From Eledone cirrhosa (Eukaryota), in contig OZ024750.1 in the NCBI GenBank assembly GCA_964016885.1, positions 34,038,001 to 34,102,000 on the forward strand: a stretch of 64,000 bases of DNA, written 5' to 3'. Below, one piece after another: positions 21,976-35,544 of this stretch. How positions within the stretch are numbered: the first letter of the stretch is position 1; every line of letters begins with the position of its first letter. The translations under genes were made by a program, and so were the position numbers. The notes beneath the pieces were generated by a model. It was not told where the DNA came from and did no database searches. It worked only from the letters and a program-made list of their open reading frames with translations.

Positions 21976-23399
21976 TTTTTTGTTGTCACCATTTTACTTA
22001 CATACACTCCAAAACTCTGTAGTGGGGGTGCACTGTGTGTATTTTATCTTGACTCCAGCACTAGAGAGGATATCATGTTTTTGGCCCAACTGAAGGGTCA
22101 TTTTGTCTTTTTGTTTGGCCAGATTTCTATGACTGGATACTCACCAATGACTCTACAGAGTGTACTGGGTACATTTATCATGTGACCAACACTAGAGCAG
22201 AAGTTGATGTTCCCTTGACATACCTAAAGAGTCCGCTCAACCTTTTTTTTTTTTTTAATTGGCATGATTTCAACTCTGAATAAAATGACTATTTATATTT
22301 ACAGTTTAAGTTTCTCTATGAAACTAGATTAGAATCAAATTAGCTCTTAGTTACATTACCAACTATTTATCCGTCAAAGTAGTTGATGATAGAAATTGAT
22401 CTTCCACTTGTTCATTCATAATTATTAATTATAATAATGTCCATTATATATTTCCAATCTCCAATCTCTTGTTGCTAATATAATTTGTCTGTTTTAGGCA
22501 TTTTATATCAAACAATCCTCAAAATAGAAATTATATTGCTCAACTTTTATTTATTCCTTTTGATAAAAAATAAAAAGTCTATGGCTTCTATTATTGTGAA
22601 ATAGGATTGGCGCTTATTTTCTTTGTGGGAAAACTGGTAGCTTGCACTCAGGAATACTTATGAATCATGACAAATGGTTTCAAAATTTGTTTTTTTTATA
22701 TACTTGAAGATTTATCTGTGTCTGGCTGTGCATATAATTTAATAAATAATATGTATAACTACTGATGCAGACAAATCATAACTTACAAACGTCATCATTC
22801 GAATGTCAGCAAAACAATTTTCTTGAATTTACAAATGTGTGTAGTCAAAATAAACGGGAGTCATTCAGAGTGGAATCTGTATGAAAATATAATAATTCTA
22901 TTATAAATTTAATGGTTTCTGTATGGTTGCTACATCTTTGATAATACTTGATAACTACACTTGATGATTGTAATATATTTGTCTTTTGAAGACAGTTTAA
23001 AGCAAACAGCTTCAGTCTATCCTTCCACCATTTATCATCACTATTTATCATTACTTCAACAGTCTGGAAAAGTTAAAATAATTAGATGAAGACTAAGACT
23101 TGAGAATTATAGTGGATGATTTTAAAAGCAACATAAGGCTTTTTTGTAAAATAAGGTATAACAACTGAAATACAACAAAAATTAAATATTTTTCCAAAAT
23201 ATTAAATATCCAGTTGTAGAAAGCTTGCCAAAGAAAGGGCTGGGAGGACCCTTCAATTGTGTCAAAGTCATGACAACTTCTATGCACTTCATTGAATGTT
23301 GTTGGTTTTGAGAGGGGCATCCAATTTTAAGTTTTAAATAATAGATTATTTTTATAACCAAAGTATAGACTAATTTCGAGCTCTTGCAATCATTCATGA

Positions 23400-23950
23400 T
23401 TGTTTTAACATGCACTTTCCCTGCTAGCAAGGGTTGAACGGGTCTGCAAGGACCAAGTCTGTACTGAAGCTGGTACTGACCTCCCAGATAGGCTGAGGGT
23501 CTGCATCTCACTTACATATGGTCTCACATTCTACCGAGTACAGAGGAGAGGTTGTCATGTCTTTGACACAACTGAGGCGTTCTTCCAGCCCTCTGTTTGG
23601 CAGACTTTCTACAGTTGGATGCCCTCCTTATCACCAACCACTTTACAGCATGTACTGGGTACATTTATCAAGTAGATCACCAACACCAGAGACACTGTCA
23701 TGTCTTTGACACAACTCAAGGGTTCTCCAAACCCTTTGTTTCAAAGGCTTTCTACAGCTGGATGCCCTTCCTATCACTAACCATTCTACAAAATGTATTG
23801 TGTGTATTTATCATGTAGATCACCAGCACTAGGGAGGTTGTCACATCCTTGACATGACTGAGGGGTCCTCCCAGCCTTTTGTTTGGTAGGCTTTCTATGG
23901 CTGGATACCTTTACTATCACCAACAATTTTATAGCATATACTGGGTGCTA
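23400..23950 (-). mobile_element. RTE 3'UTR-related repeat with three or four diverged ~135-bp units
   Basis: Recurring tttctacag(t/c)tggatgccc...accaaccactttacag...gggtacatttatca. Confidence 0.6.
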
Positions 23951-23959
23951 TCATTTAAA

Positions 23960-24404
23960 GGCTAAGATCTTCAATACTTAAAACCTACCAGTTGTGTTAT
24001 TTGGTCTTGACTGTGTTAATTGGATGACAAGGTCACTTCAGAAGCTCTCTACCTTCCAGAACCACATCATGAGACTTATGACTGGCAAGCAGCTCAGCGA
24101 CCGTATCTGTATCAGTGAGCTGCTCAAGATTACTAGACTTAGTCCAATTACATCAATTGTCGAGTCAAGAGTACTCAAACTATACGGTCATATAAAAAGA
24201 TCAACTTGTGGTGTGAGTAGGTTATGCCTGGAAGGAAGGTTGGCTGGTAAGAGAAGCAGAGGCCAGCAGCCAAAACAATGGCTTTATAATATCAACCTAT
24301 GGACTGGACTTGATCTTTGCTCTTTAAACTCTGCTGTTGGTGATCAAACTTTGTGGAGAAAAATATCTCGTGTTGATGTGCAATCTGCAACTGGCAGAGT
24401 TTAG
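23960..24404 (+). mobile_element. C-terminal fragment of another RTE (BovB-like) LINE
   Basis: ORF 23994-24404: LKLYGHIKR..LCLEGRLAGKRSRGQQPKQW. Confidence 0.8.
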
Positions 24405-24568
24405 CAAAAAAAGAAGTATGCTTTTATTTTGTAAATCACCAGTATTAGCGAGGTTGTCATGTCAAGGACAGAACAAAAGTGAGACAACTGTAAAACAAGA
24501 CAAGTGTAGAGGGCGGCACCAACCACTGTTTTGCTTATTATATCCTTTATATATATATATGTATTTAT

Positions 24569-24690
24569 GAAGGCGTGTGGCTGAGTGGTTAAAGAATCAG
24601 ATTCACAATTGTGAGATTGTGATTTTGATTCCCGGACCGGGCGATGCGTTATGTCCTTGAGCAAGACACTTTATTTCACATTGCTCCTTC
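24569..24690 (+). mobile_element. tRNA-derived CORE-SINE 5' part
   Basis: A-box tggctgagtgg, B-box-like ttgattcc, CORE-like tgtccttgagcaagacacttta. Confidence 0.8.
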
Positions 24691-25299
24691 TGCCTTGACT
24701 TGCGACCGACAGATAGTATTAGCAATTGGAAAGACCAACGGAAACATTGTTTCCTCGGTCCAATTTGATGAGCTCCACCCCACTCGTTAACTAAAATGAG
24801 GTCTGGTATCTCATTGATCGAGTGTCGATATCTATATATTATTTATTGTTGTTATAACTATAAATTGGTCAAACAGCAAAAAGAAAGTAGCATTGGAAAG
24901 GAACATTGTCCTTGTACTAAGAAATCAATATTAAATTTTGTTTTTAATTAGTATAATTAAGTTTGATTACATATAAATCTAAAATAGATGTTTTTCTACC
25001 CCAAAGATGCTTCAGCCAACAGCAGCTAAATTGCTACTGTAACTTTACTTCAATGTTATTCAGAAACTTCAAGTGTAGTATATACATCAAGTAATCATCC
25101 TAAGTATTGTGGCAGTAGATTGAGGGAGGACTCCTGGAAGAGGATTCTGGCAGCCGGGTTGACTGTGCCTTTCATGAGATTTCTCTACGAGTAACACTTG
25201 AAAGCCGCCCTCCCTCCATTGGGGAATTTTCTTTTGTTTTTATTTTTTTGTTACATCCTTTGTTTTTGTTTTATACTCATTTGTACACACAGAAACCCA

Positions 25300-26472
25300 C
25301 ATTGCACCATCCTGTATCGCCCTGTGCCGCCCTGTGCCGCCCTGTGCCTCTCTGTGCCTCTCTGTGCCGCTCTGTGCCGTCCTGTACCGTCCTGTACCGT
25401 CCTGTACCGCCCTGTGTCGCTCTGTGCCGCCCTGTGTCGTCCTGTGCCGCCCTGTACCGTCCTGTACCGTCCTGTACCGTCCTGTACCGCCCTGTGTCGC
25501 CCTGTACCGCCCTGTGCCGCCCTGTACCGCCCTGTCCGCCCTGTACCGCCCTGTGCCGTCCTGTACCGCCCTGTGTCGCTCTGTGCCGCCCTGTGCCGTC
25601 CTGTACCGCCCTGTACCGTCCTGTACCGCCCTGTACCGCCCTGTACCGCCCTGTACCGCCCTGTCCGCCCTGTACCGCCCTGTCCGCCCTGTACCGCCCT
25701 GTCCGCCCTGTACTGCCCTGTGCCGTCCTGTACCGCCCTGTGCCTCCCTGTGCCGCCCTGTGCCGCCCTGTGCCGCCATGTGCCGCCCTGTGCCGCCCTG
25801 TGCCGTGCTGTGCCGTCCTGTGCCGTCTTGTACCGTCCTGTGCCGTCTTGTACCGCCCTGTGCCGCCCAGCACCGCTCTTTACCGCCCTGCACCGTCCTG
25901 TGCCGCCCTGCACCGTCCTGTGCCGCCCTGCACCGCCCTGCGCTGCCCTGCACCGCCCTGCGTCGTCCTGCGCCGCCCTTCGCCGTCCTGTACCGCCCTG
26001 CGCCGTCCTGTGCCGCCCTGCACCGCCCTGCGCTGCCCTGCACCGCCCTGCGTCGTCCTGCGCCGCCCTTCGCCGTCCTGTACCGCCCTTCGCCGTCCTG
26101 TACCGCCCTGCACCGTCCTGTGCCGCCCTGCACCGCCCTGCGCTGCCCTGCACCGCCCTGCGTCGTCCTGCGCCGCCCTTCGCCGTCCTGTACCGCCCTT
26201 CGCCGTCCTGTACCGCCCTGCGCCGTCCTGTGCCGCCCTTCGCCGTCCTGTGCCGTCCTTCGCCGTCTTGTGCTGCCCTGTGCCACCCTGTGTTGCCCTG
26301 TGCCGTCCTGTGCCGTTCTGTGCCGCCCTCTACCGTCTTGCACCGTCTTGCACCCACCGTCTTGCACCGTCCTGCACCGTCTTGCGCCGTCCTGCACAGT
26401 CCTGCGCCGTCCTGTACAGTCTTGCGCCGTCCTGCACAGTCCTGCGCCGTCCTGTACTGCCCTGCGCCGCCC
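25300..26472. repeat. GC-rich 10-bp minisatellite (ccctgt(g/a)ccg and variants)
   Basis: Directly visible; produces the long P/C/R/A- and G/T/R-rich ORFs in many frames. Confidence 0.95.
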
Positions 26473-26646
26473 TTAATGTCAGTTTTTGTAAACCATTTGT
26501 AGTTAATAAGGAAAGTATTATTATTTTTGTACAAAATTTAGTTTATGGTGAAGAAATTGAATTTTATGCTCTTGACCTTTTCTGTTTATTTGACTTATAG
26601 TCCCTCCAACCTGTAAGTTGTAACTAAATACTATACCAGCTAATTG

Positions 26647-26723
<77 letters not shown>

Positions 26724-26899
26724 CATATATATATATGCCAGCAAGAGCACGTGTAAGTAGTTGTTTGCCCTCCTTAGTATTCTAGCAAAATCTCTCACCA
26801 ATCTCTTGAATCTAAGTCTTGAATCTAAAGAAACCATGACCATAGTAGAGGTGTGGTAGATATGGTGAGGGTATTGTCTGTAGTGGGTGTGTGGTAGAT

Positions 26900-27868
26900 A
26901 TGAGGGTATGGTGTTTCACATAATGTGTAATGTGAAGGTATAGTGTCTCTCTCACACAATGTGTAATGTGAAGGTATAGTGTCTCTCACATAATGTGTAA
27001 TGTGAAGGTATGGTGTCTCTTTCACATAATGTGTAATGTGAAGGTATAGTGTCTCTCTCACACAATGTGTAATGTGAAGGTATAGTGTCTCTCTCACATA
27101 ATGTGTAATGTGAAGGTATGGTGTCTCTCTCATATAATGTGTAATGTGAAGGTATGGTGTCTCTCACACAATGCGTAATGTGAAGGTATGGTGTCTCTCA
27201 CACAATGCGTAATGTGAAGGTATGGTGTCTCTCTCACACAATGCGTAATGTAAAGGTATGGTGTCTCTCTCACACAATGTGTAATGTGAAGGTATGGTGT
27301 CTCTCACATAATGTGTAATGTGAAGGTATGGTGTCTCTTTCACATAATGTGTAATGTGAAGGTATGGTGTCTCTCTCATATAATGTGTAATGTGAAGGTA
27401 TGGTGTCTCTCTCATATAATGTGTAATGTGAAGGTATGGTGTCTCTCACACATAATGTGTAATGTGAAGGCATGGTGTCTCTCTCATATAATGTGTAATG
27501 TGAAGGTATGGTGTCTCTCACACAATGCGTAATGTGAAGGTATGGTGTCTCTCACATAATGTGTAATGTGAAGGTATGGTGTCTCTTTCACATAATGTGT
27601 AATGTGAAGGTATGGTGTCTCTCTCATATAATGTGTAATGTGAAGGTATGGTGTCTCTCTCATATAATGTGTAATGTGAAGGTATGGTGTCTCTCACACA
27701 TAATGTGTAATGTGAAGGCATGGTGTCTCTCTCATATAATGTGTAATGTGAAGGTATGGTGTCTCTTTCACATAATGTGTAATGTGAAGGTATGGTGCCT
27801 CTCTCGCACAATGTGTAATGTGAAGGTGTGGTGTCTCTTTCACATAATGTGTAATGTGAAGGTATGGT
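26900..27868. repeat. 34-36-bp minisatellite (cataatgtgtaatgtgaaggtatggtgtctctct..)
   Basis: Roughly 27 tandem units, length varying with the (CT)n run. Confidence 0.95.
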
Positions 27869-27904
27869 AAGATGGTGGTTATAGATTGGTGTTGTTATAA
27901 TCAG

Positions 27905-28900
27905 GTGCCCAGATGGTTCTATAGAAATAGTGGACACCTTCAGTTACCTGGGTGACAAAATCAGCAGTGGTGGAGGGTGCTCTGAAAGTACAGTAGCTAG
28001 AGTCAGAACGGGATGGAAAATGTTCAGAGAGCTAATACCACTATTGGCCTCTAAAGGTTTCTCCCTAAAAATGAAAGGCAGACTGTATGATGCCTGCATA
28101 TGAACAGCAATGTTACATGGCAGTGAGACATGGGAATTGTGTGCAGAGGATATACGCAGACTGGAGAGGAACGAAGCTTGCATGCTCTGTTGGATGTGTA
28201 ATAGTAATATACGTGAACGGCAAAACATAAATGAACTAAGTGAGAAATTAGGAATAAGAGGGATCAGATGCTGTTTACTTAAGAGAAGATTACATTAGTA
28301 TAGTCCCTTGATGCGTGTGAAAGACGACAGCTATATAAAAAAGTGCAGGGCGATCAAAATAGATGGAAGCTACGGAGTAGGTAGACCCAGAAAAACCTGG
28401 GATGATTTGATAAATTCCGACCTTACATACTTACACCTCTCCAAGACAATGTCACTGGACCGAGATCTTTGGCGCTATGCAGTAATACAGAAGATACGCC
28501 TTGCCTAAGTACAAAGCGAAACCTACAGTCAGTAGGCACCTCAACCAAAAATACACCCCCATCCCACTACCCCAACTCCCACCCCCATCTACACCACCCC
28601 TTTCTCTGTAAAGTTATGTTGGTACCACAACATCCAGTCCTAAATAAATGAGGTCGTGTAGGTGTCACGACAAAAAAAAAAGACACACAGTCCACGCTGT
28701 AATGTGGCCGTGTAGGTAACACGGTAAAAACCTCCCAATCCACACTATAAACGGGGTTTGTGTTAGGAAGGGCATCCAGCTTTAGAAAACCTGCCAGACA
28801 GTCCTATACGAGCAGGACAACCAATCTTGCCTCAAGTGGGACAATTCCCGTCTAAACCCATGCTAGCGTGGAAGATAGATATTATACGATGATGATAATG
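27905..28900 (+). mobile_element. RTE LINE 3' fragment
   Basis: [32 protein letters not shown], 3'UTR and (GAT)n tail; close to 9552-11508. Confidence 0.94.
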
Positions 28901-28964
28901 ATAGATTGGTGTTGATATTAGTGATATATTGGTAAGATGGTGGTTATAGATTGGTGTTGATATA

Positions 28965-29240
28965 ATGGCCAAATGATTAACATGTTTGCCGTACAATCGT
29001 AATGCCATCAGTTCAATTCCTGGGCAGGCTGCTGCATTGTGTTCTAGAGCAAAAATACTTTATTTTACATTGCTCCAGTATACTCAGCTGTAATGAGTGA
29101 GTACCAGCTGTAGCTGAGAAGTTAAACCTGCAATAGACCAATGTCCTGTCCAGGAAGAATCTTGTACTCTGTCACTTAATGCCAAGGAAACCGGGATAAG
29201 CACCAGCCTGGTGAGCCTTCAGATTAGAACAAACTTTAAC
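28965..29240 (+). mobile_element. Decayed tRNA-derived SINE with CORE-like and V-domain-like segments
   Basis: tggccaaatgattaa, agttcaattcc, tgtgttctagagcaaaa..cttta, cctgtccagg..gaaaccgggataagc. Confidence 0.65.
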
Positions 29241-29479
29241 AAACTATATAGATTGGTATTGATATAAGCTGTCTATATATATATAGATGGGTGTTAATGT
29301 GCTGTAAGGTGAACTGGTTATAGATGTAGATTGGTATAAGCTGGCTATAGATATACATTGGTGTTGATATAAGCTATATATTGATTGGTAAGGTGAACTG
29401 GCTAAAGATGTAGAATTGTGTTGATATAAGCTGGTTATAAATATAGTGGTGTTGATACAATCTATATGTTGGGACGATA

Positions 29480-32078
29480 AGTTGGCTATAGGTCTAGATT
29501 GGTAAGCTGGCTATATGTGTAGATTGGTGAGCTGGCTATAGGTCTAGATTGGTGAGCTGGCTATATGTGTAGATTGGTGAGCTGGCTATAGGTCTAGATT
29601 GGTGAGCTGGCTATAGGTCTAGATTGGTGAGCTGGCTATAGGTCTAGTATGGTGAGCTGGCTATAGGTCTAGTTTGGTGAGCTGGCTATAGGTCTAGTTT
29701 GGTGAGCTGGCTATACGTCTAGTTTGGTGAGCTGGCTATACGTCTAGTTTGGTGAGCTGGCTATACGTCTAGTTTGGTGAGCTGGCTATAGGTCTAGTTT
29801 GGTGAGCTGGCTATAGGTCTAGTATGGTGAGCTGGCTATAGGTGTAGATTGGTGAGCTGGCTATAGGTATAGATTGGTGAGCTGGCTATAGGTCTAGTTT
29901 GGTGAGCTGGCTATAGGTGTAGATTGGTGAGCTGGCTATAGGTGTAGATTGGTGAGCTGGCTATAGGTGTAGATTGGTAAGCTGGCTATAGGTCTAGTAT
30001 GGTGAGCTGGCTATAGGTCTAGATTGGTGAGCTGGCTATAGGTGTAGATTGGTGAGCTGGCTATAGGTCTAGTATGGTGAGCTGGCTATAGGTCTAGTTT
30101 GGTGAGCTGGCTATAGGTCTAGATTGGTGAGCTGGCTATAGGTCTAGTTTGGTGAGCTGGCTATAGGTGTAGATTGGTGAGCTGGCTATAGGTGTAGATT
30201 GGTGAGCTGGCTATAGGTCTAGTTTGGTGAGCTGGCTATAGGTGTTGATTGGTGAGCTGGCTATAGGTCTAGTTTGGTGAGCTGGCTATAGGTCTAGTTT
30301 GGTGAGCTGGCTATAGGTCTAGTTTGGTGAGCTGGTTATAGGTCTAGTTTGGTGAGCTGGCTATAGGTCTAGTTTGGTGAGCTGGCTATAGGTGTAGATT
30401 GGTGAGCTGGCTATAGGTCTAGATTGGTGAGCTGGCTATAGGTCTAGTTTGGTGAGCTGGCTATAGGTCTAGATTGGTGAGCTGGCTATAGGTCTAGATT
30501 GGTGAGCTGGCTATAGGTCTAGTTTGGTGAGCTGGCTATAGGTGTAGATTGGTGAGCTGGCTATAGGTCTAGATTGGTGAGCTGGCTATAGGTGTAGATT
30601 GGTGAGCTGGCTATAGGTCTAGTATGGTGAGCTGGCTATAGGTCCAGATTGGTGAGCTGGCTATAGGTCTAGTTTGGTGAGCTGGCTATAGGTGTAGATT
30701 GGTGAGCTGGCTATAGGTCTAGATTGGTGAGCTGGCTATAGGTCTAGATTGGTGAGCTGGCTATAGGTCTAGTTTGGTGAGCTGGCTATAGGTCTAGTTT
30801 GGTGAGCTGGCTATAGGTCTAGATTGGTGAGCTGGCTATAGGTCTAGATTGGTGAGCTGGCTATAGGTCTAGTATGGTGAGCTGGCTATAGGTCTAGTTT
30901 GGTGAGCTGGCTATAGGTCTAGATTGGTGATCTGGCTATAGGTCTAGTTTGGTGAGCTGGCTATAGGTCTAGTTTGGTGAGCTGGCTATAGGTCTAGATT
31001 GGTGAGCTGGCTATAGGTCTAGTATGGTGAGCTGGCTATAGATGTAGGGTGGTGAGCTGGCTATAGGTCTAGTTTGGTGAGCTGGCTATAGGTGTAGATT
31101 GGTGAGCTGGCTATAGGTGTAGATTGGTGAGCTGGCTATAGGTGTAGATTGGTGAGCTGGCTATAGATGTAGATTGGTGAGCTGGCTATAGGTGTAGATT
31201 GGTAAGCTGGCTATAGGTCTAGTATGGTGAGCTGGCTATAGGTCTAGATTGGTGAGCTGGCTATAGGTGTAGATTGGTGAGCTGGCTATAGGTCTAGTTT
31301 GGTGAGCTGGCTATAGGTCTAGATTGGTGAGCTGGCTATAGGTCTAGTTTGGTGAGCTGGCTATAGGTGTAGATTGGTGAGCTGGCTATAGGTGTAGATT
31401 GGTGAGCTGGCTATAGGTCTAGTTTGGTGAGCTGGCTATAGGTGTAGATTGGTGAGCTGGCTATAGGTCTAGATTGGTGAGCTGGCTATAGGTCTAGATT
31501 GGTGAGCTGGCTATAGGTCTAGTATGGTGAGCTGGCTATAGGTCTAGTTTGGTGAGCTGGCTATAGGTCTAGTTTGGTGAGCTGGCTATAGGTCTAGATT
31601 GGTGAGCTGGCTATAGGTCTAGTTTGGTGAGCTGGCTATAGGTGTAGATTGGTGAGCTGGCTATAGGTCTAGATTGGTGAGCTGGCTATAGGTCTAGTTT
31701 GGTGAGCTGGCTATAGGTCTAGATTGGTGAGCTGGCTATAGGTCTAGATTGGTGAGCTGGCTATAGGTCTAGTTTGGTGAGCTGGCTATAGGTCTAGATT
31801 GGTGAGCTGGCTATAGGTCTAGATTGGTGAGCTGGCTATAGGTCTAGTATGGTGAGCTGGCTATAGGTCTAGTTTGGTGAGCTGGCTATAGGTCTAGATT
31901 GGTGATCTGGCTATAGGTCTAGTATGGTGAGCTGGCTATAGGTCTAGATTGGTGAGCTGGCTATAGGTCTAGATTGGTGAGCTGGCTATAGGTCTAGTTT
32001 GGTGAGCTGGCTATAGGTCTAGATTGGTGAGCTGGCTATAGGTCTAGTATGGTGAGCTGGCTATAGATGTAGGGTGGT
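29480..32078. repeat. 25-bp satellite (ggtgagctggctataggtctag(a/t)tt), ~100 copies
   Basis: Period 25 visible (29701, 29726, ...). Confidence 0.97.
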
Positions 32079-32119
32079 AATAATAGGCTAAATATTGGGA
32101 AGTTGGTGGCTATAAATGT

Positions 32120-33125
32120 AGCCTGGTGTTGTATAAGCTGGTTATATATGTAGGTTGGTGTTGTATAAGCTAGTTATATATGTAGGTTGGTGTTGTATAA
32201 GCTAGTTATATATGTAGGTTGGTGTTGTATAAGCTGGTTATATATGTAGGTTGGTGTTGTATAAGCTGGTTATATATGTAGGTTGGTGTTGTATAAGCTG
32301 GTTATATATGTAGGTTGGTGTTGTATAAGCTGGTTATATATGTAGGTTGGTGTTGTATAAGTTGGTTATATATGTAGGTTGGTGTTGTATAAGCTAGTTA
32401 TATATGTAGGTTGGTGTTGTATAAGCTGGTTACATATGTAGGTTGGTGTTGTATAAGCTGGTTATATATGTAGGTTGGTGTTGTATAAGCTGGTTATATA
32501 TGTAGGTTGGTGTTGTATAAGCTGGTTATATATGTAGGTTGGTGTTGTATAAGCTGGTTATATATGTAGGTTGGTGTTGTATAAGCTGGTTATATATGTA
32601 GGTTGGTGTTGTATAAGCTGGTTATATATGTAGGTTGGTGTTGTATAAGCTAGTTATATATGTAGGTTGGTGTTGTATAAGCTGGTTATATATGTAGGTT
32701 GGTGTTGTATAAGCTGGTTATATATGTAGGTTGGTGTTGTATAAGCTGGTTATATATGTAGGTTGGTGTTGTATAAGCTGGTTATATATGTAGGTTGGTG
32801 TTGTATAAGCTGGTTATATATGTAGGTTGGTGTTGTATAAGCTGGTTATATATGTAGGTTGGTGTTGTATAAGTTGGTTATATATGTAGGTTGGTGTTGT
32901 ATAAGCTAGTTATATATGTAGGTTGGTGTTGTATAAGCTGGTTACATATGTAGGTTGGTGTTGTATAAGCTGGTTATATATGTAGGTTGGTGTTGTATAA
33001 GCTGGTTATATATGTAGGTTGGTGTTGTATAAGCTGGTTATATATGTAGGTTGGTGTTGTATAAGCTGGTTATATATGTAGGTTGGTGTTGTATAAGCTG
33101 GTTATATATGTAGGTTGGTGTTGAT
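32120..33125. repeat. 32-bp satellite (ggttggtgttgtataagctggttatatatgta), ~31 copies
   Basis: Period 32 visible (32281, 32313, ...). Confidence 0.97.
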
Positions 33126-33759
33126 ATGAACGATATATTGGTATGGTGAACTGGCTATAGATTGATATTAATATACATTGGTTATTGATCACTAATGATA
33201 TTGATATAAGCTGGATATAAATGTAAGGTGGTAGTAATTGTCAATGAATGTTATTTAATTATAATCTGTGTATTTATATGGGGAGATGAGATAACTTTGA
33301 GTGTATAACATTGAACCAAATTCCTTCTATCTACTCTGATTAAAGTATTTATTAGGTAATTATATTTGATAATACCCGTGACTGCTTCACTGTAGTAACA
33401 GATAAATAAATAGATAATGAATTCGAAGTTTGAAAGCCATGACAATGCAAAATGGACGGATAAACAAACAAGTCAGATGAAACAAGAAGTGTTTTTACCT
33501 TATTTTATTTATATGTCCTGATATTTTGAGATTAAGATCTTTTCTTCCCAAGGAAAATAAAAGGGACTAATCCAGTGTCTGATGTGGCGCAATGGTAGAG
33601 CCATTCCTTTGGGATTAAACCTAGTAAAGAATGTGGAAATATAAAAAATAAAAAATCATCCAAGAGCTGTTAATTGCATGACAGGAAGAAAATGTCTTCT
33701 TAACTGTCATTTAATATACTTTTCACAATTCTTCCTTTTCACTTAGTGAATATAATAAG

Positions 33760-34110
33760 CACAAGACTAACAATTTTGGGGGAGGAAAATTTGCTTAAAT
33801 CGACCCTAGTGCATTACTTGGAACTTTTTTTTACCTTGGAAAATGAATGGCAAAAGTTGATCTCAACAGCATTTGAACTCAGAATATAAAGGTCTGTTAT
33901 TGATCTCCAAAAATAACGGTTTCTGATGATTTAGGTGCAAGGCCACCAATTTAGGGGGGGGGGGGGGGGTGGTGATTAAATCAATCGGATTTTTTCAATC
34001 GATTTAATTGACCCCAATGCATTACTGGTACTTTATTTTATCAACCACGTAAAGATGAAAGGCAAAGCTAACCTCAGTGGGATTTGAACTCAGATTGTAA
34101 AGGACCGTAG
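33760..34110 (-). mobile_element. Two tRNA-derived SINE copies
   Basis: ctggtactttattttatc...gatgaaaggcaaag...gatttgaactcaga. Confidence 0.75.
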
Positions 34111-34467
34111 AAATATGAAAAACAGAATTTTTTATACTTTTTGATGCATTTTTCTATACATTCCTCTCTTTTTACTTTTTTTTTTCAACAGACTAAAAAA
34201 ATGATCTTCACTGTAGCACAAAGATTTTTGAAAAAACAACCAACCACTTTTCCCCCAAAACTTTCCTCCGCCCTCCCCAAAACTTTCCTCCGCCCTCCCC
34301 AAAACTACACTAACCCTTCCCAAACAAGCTACCCCTTCCCGCCCCAAACAAAGCCCCAACCCCCCTCACAAAAAATGCTGCCAGTAAGTTGATTTATTTG
34401 TAGAACTTTAAATTTGCCAAGTACATTTCTAAAAAGTTGGGATGATATTATTTAGATTTCGACAGGG

Positions 34468-34686
34468 TGGTGGATTGGCAGTATTGGTTGAGTGTCTGAC
34501 GCCATGCTTTACAGCATAGAGTTATAACCCTTTACGTTCTACGTTCAAATCCCACCAAGGTTAGCTTTTCTTTCATCCTTACGCGGTCGATAAAATAAAG
34601 CACCAGTAATGCACTGAGGTCGATTTAATCGACTTTCCCCTCCCTAAAATATTCTTGGCATTGTACCTAACGTAGAAATCATTATT
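34468..34686 (+). mobile_element. tRNA-derived SINE
   Basis: ttggcagtattgg..gttcaaatccc..tcatccttacgcggtcgataaaataaag. Confidence 0.85.
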
Positions 34687-34799
34687 TAGAATTTGACAGA
34701 ATGAAGTATTCCGACATTTATAAATTGTAGGATTGAACGGTTAATTAGTTCTATCAGCTATTTTGTTAATTTAGTTTTGATAATCAACTATTATTGTTT

Positions 34800-35365
34800 A
34801 AACACTCCATCTAGTGGGTCGTGTCAGAAGCAACCATCCCCAACTGATCCGGCTGGGTCCCCAAGTGAGACCAGCCAAGCTCACGAATGTTATTGAACCA
34901 TCTTGCTCGGAGTCTACCTCTGGGTCTCCTGTCAGTTGGTTTTGCCTGTAAAATCTGTCAAGTGATTCTTTCCCAAGACATTCTAACCACATGCCCATAG
35001 TATCAGATCTATGACCTCTCAATTTGGAGAAATAGCAGCTCTAACTGGAGTGACTCCAGTGATTCTTTCCCAAGACATTCTAACCACATGCCCATAGTAT
35101 CAGATCTATGACCTCTCAATTTGGAGAAATAGCAGCTCTAACTGGAGTGACTCCAGTGATTCTTTCCCAAGACATTCTAACCACATGCCCATAGTATCAG
35201 ATCTATGACCTCTCAATTTGGAGAAATAGCAGCTCTAACTGGAGTGACTCCAGTGATTCTTTCCCAAGACATTCTAACCACATGCCCATAGTATCAGATC
35301 TATGATCTCTCAATTTGGAAAAGTAGCAGCTCTACCTGGAGTGACTCCCTGATCTCCGAGCTACA
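34800..35365 (-). mobile_element. Rex3-like RTE fragment with an internal 97-bp x4 tandem
   Basis: gtgattctttcccaagac at 34962, 35059, 35156 and 35253; homologous to 19350-19600. Confidence 0.85.
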
Positions 35366-35544
35366 TATTTTATCATTTTATTTTGGTGGACCTATGACCC
35401 TGTCAGGAATGAGTGGGAAAAGAAGAACTATTATTGTTTCTGGGGCAAGAAAACAAACATTTGGTGAGAGAGAAATTAGGAAAACATTGGATTTCAACAT
35501 GGAGAAATATAGAGGGAACATTGTTTCTTAGGACACACAATACT

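Noticed and set aside
25198-26600. 380-450-aa ORFs in several frames
   Set aside because: Product of a stop-free 10-bp repeat on both strands; no coding-frame preference.
27866-28960. Possible TSD atagattggtgttg around the RTE fragment
   Set aside because: The motif belongs to the local degenerate repeat and recurs many times, so it is not diagnostic.
33575-33625. tRNA-like tggcgcaatggtagag
   Set aside because: A-box-like only; no T-arm or cloverleaf. SINE heads elsewhere are likewise not tRNA genes.
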